From the NCBI GenBank assembly GCA_044236265.1, contig JBIIGV010000002.1, forward strand, positions 4,778-68,777: 64,000 bases of DNA, written 5' to 3'. Numbering within the stretch: position 1 is the stretch's first letter; each line of letters opens with the position of its first letter. The stretch comes from Oligoflexales bacterium (GTDB taxonomy: Bacteria > Bdellovibrionota_B > Oligoflexia > Oligoflexales > RGVZ01). Under the pieces are notes generated by a model, which ran no database searches, was not told where the DNA came from, and saw only the letters and a program-made list of their open reading frames with translations. This document shows, piece after piece, positions 63,835 to 64,000 of the stretch. The position numbers and the translations under genes were made by a program.

Positions 63835-64000
63835 ATGTCGATAAATAACGTCACTCAGGCCCTAACCTACTTTCTTGCCATGGTTTTTGCGCTCACTTTT
63901 CATGAGGCGGCCCATGCTTTCGCCTCTTTTATGCTGGGCGATGACCTAGCAAAACGCGAGGGGCGCCTTAGCTTGAATCCGGCTGTCCATGCAGATCCGA
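63835..64000 (+). CDS. 3'-truncated M50 (site-2 protease) family zinc metalloprotease
   Basis: My own translation: MSINNVTQALTYFLAMVFALTFHEAAHAFASFMLGDDLAKREGRLSLNPAVHADP. HExxH sits in a TM helix, followed by the family-typical GRLSLNP..H.DP. An AAGGAG Shine-Dalgarno lies 8 nt upstream and TATAAT is at 63793-63798. The ORF runs off the window end. Confidence 0.75.
   Translation, partial: MSINNVTQALTYFLAMVFALTFHEAAHAFASFMLGDDLAKREGRLSLNPAVHADP

Overview
The window is an origin-proximal, almost entirely housekeeping stretch of a Gram-negative, proteobacterium-like chromosome. The lineage call rests on an RpoH-box sigma factor, lipobox lipoproteins and a putative outer-membrane barrel. Gene order, left to right:
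- A truncated nucleosidase-like ORF, a NUDIX hydrolase, a PP2C phosphatase, an M23 peptidase and secA.
- On the minus strand: rph, purS-purQ-purL-purF, sdhC-sdhA-sdhB (type B), a double M16 peptidase, an OM-barrel candidate and yajC.
- uvrD/pcrA converging on rpoH.
- A lipid-kinase-like gene, an AmgK-like kinase and a MurU-like nucleotidyltransferase.
- A LysM lipoprotein.
- A pared-down dcw cluster: rsmH-ftsL-ftsI-murE::murD-ftsW-murC-ftsQ-ftsA-ftsZ.
- A long minus-strand array: atpZ-atpI-atpB-atpE | parS x3-parA-parB | atpF'-atpF-atpH-atpA-atpG-atpD-atpC-glycosyltransferase-SDR.
- dnaA-dnaN-gyrB-gyrA, with DnaA boxes flanking dnaA.
- A beta-lactamase-fold hydrolase, an FAD oxidoreductase, an orphan lipoprotein and the 5' end of an M50 metalloprotease.

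I found no tRNA or rRNA genes, no CRISPR array, no transposase or integrase, and no recognisable defence, toxin or secretion module. I therefore cannot point to a self-contained novel system. What stands out is architectural:
1. A single 951-codon ORF fuses complete MurE and MurD, exactly where murF-mraY normally sit, in a dcw cluster that also lacks mraZ, murG, murB and ddl.
2. parAB, with three evenly spaced consensus parS sites, is inserted between atpE and atpF' of the F-ATPase genes.
3. FtsZ has a linker of about 280 residues.
4. The ATP synthase c-subunit has a signal-peptide-like N-terminal extension.
5. A 464-bp region between convergent genes is unassigned.

All functional calls come from reading motifs in the supplied translations. 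No database search was possible.
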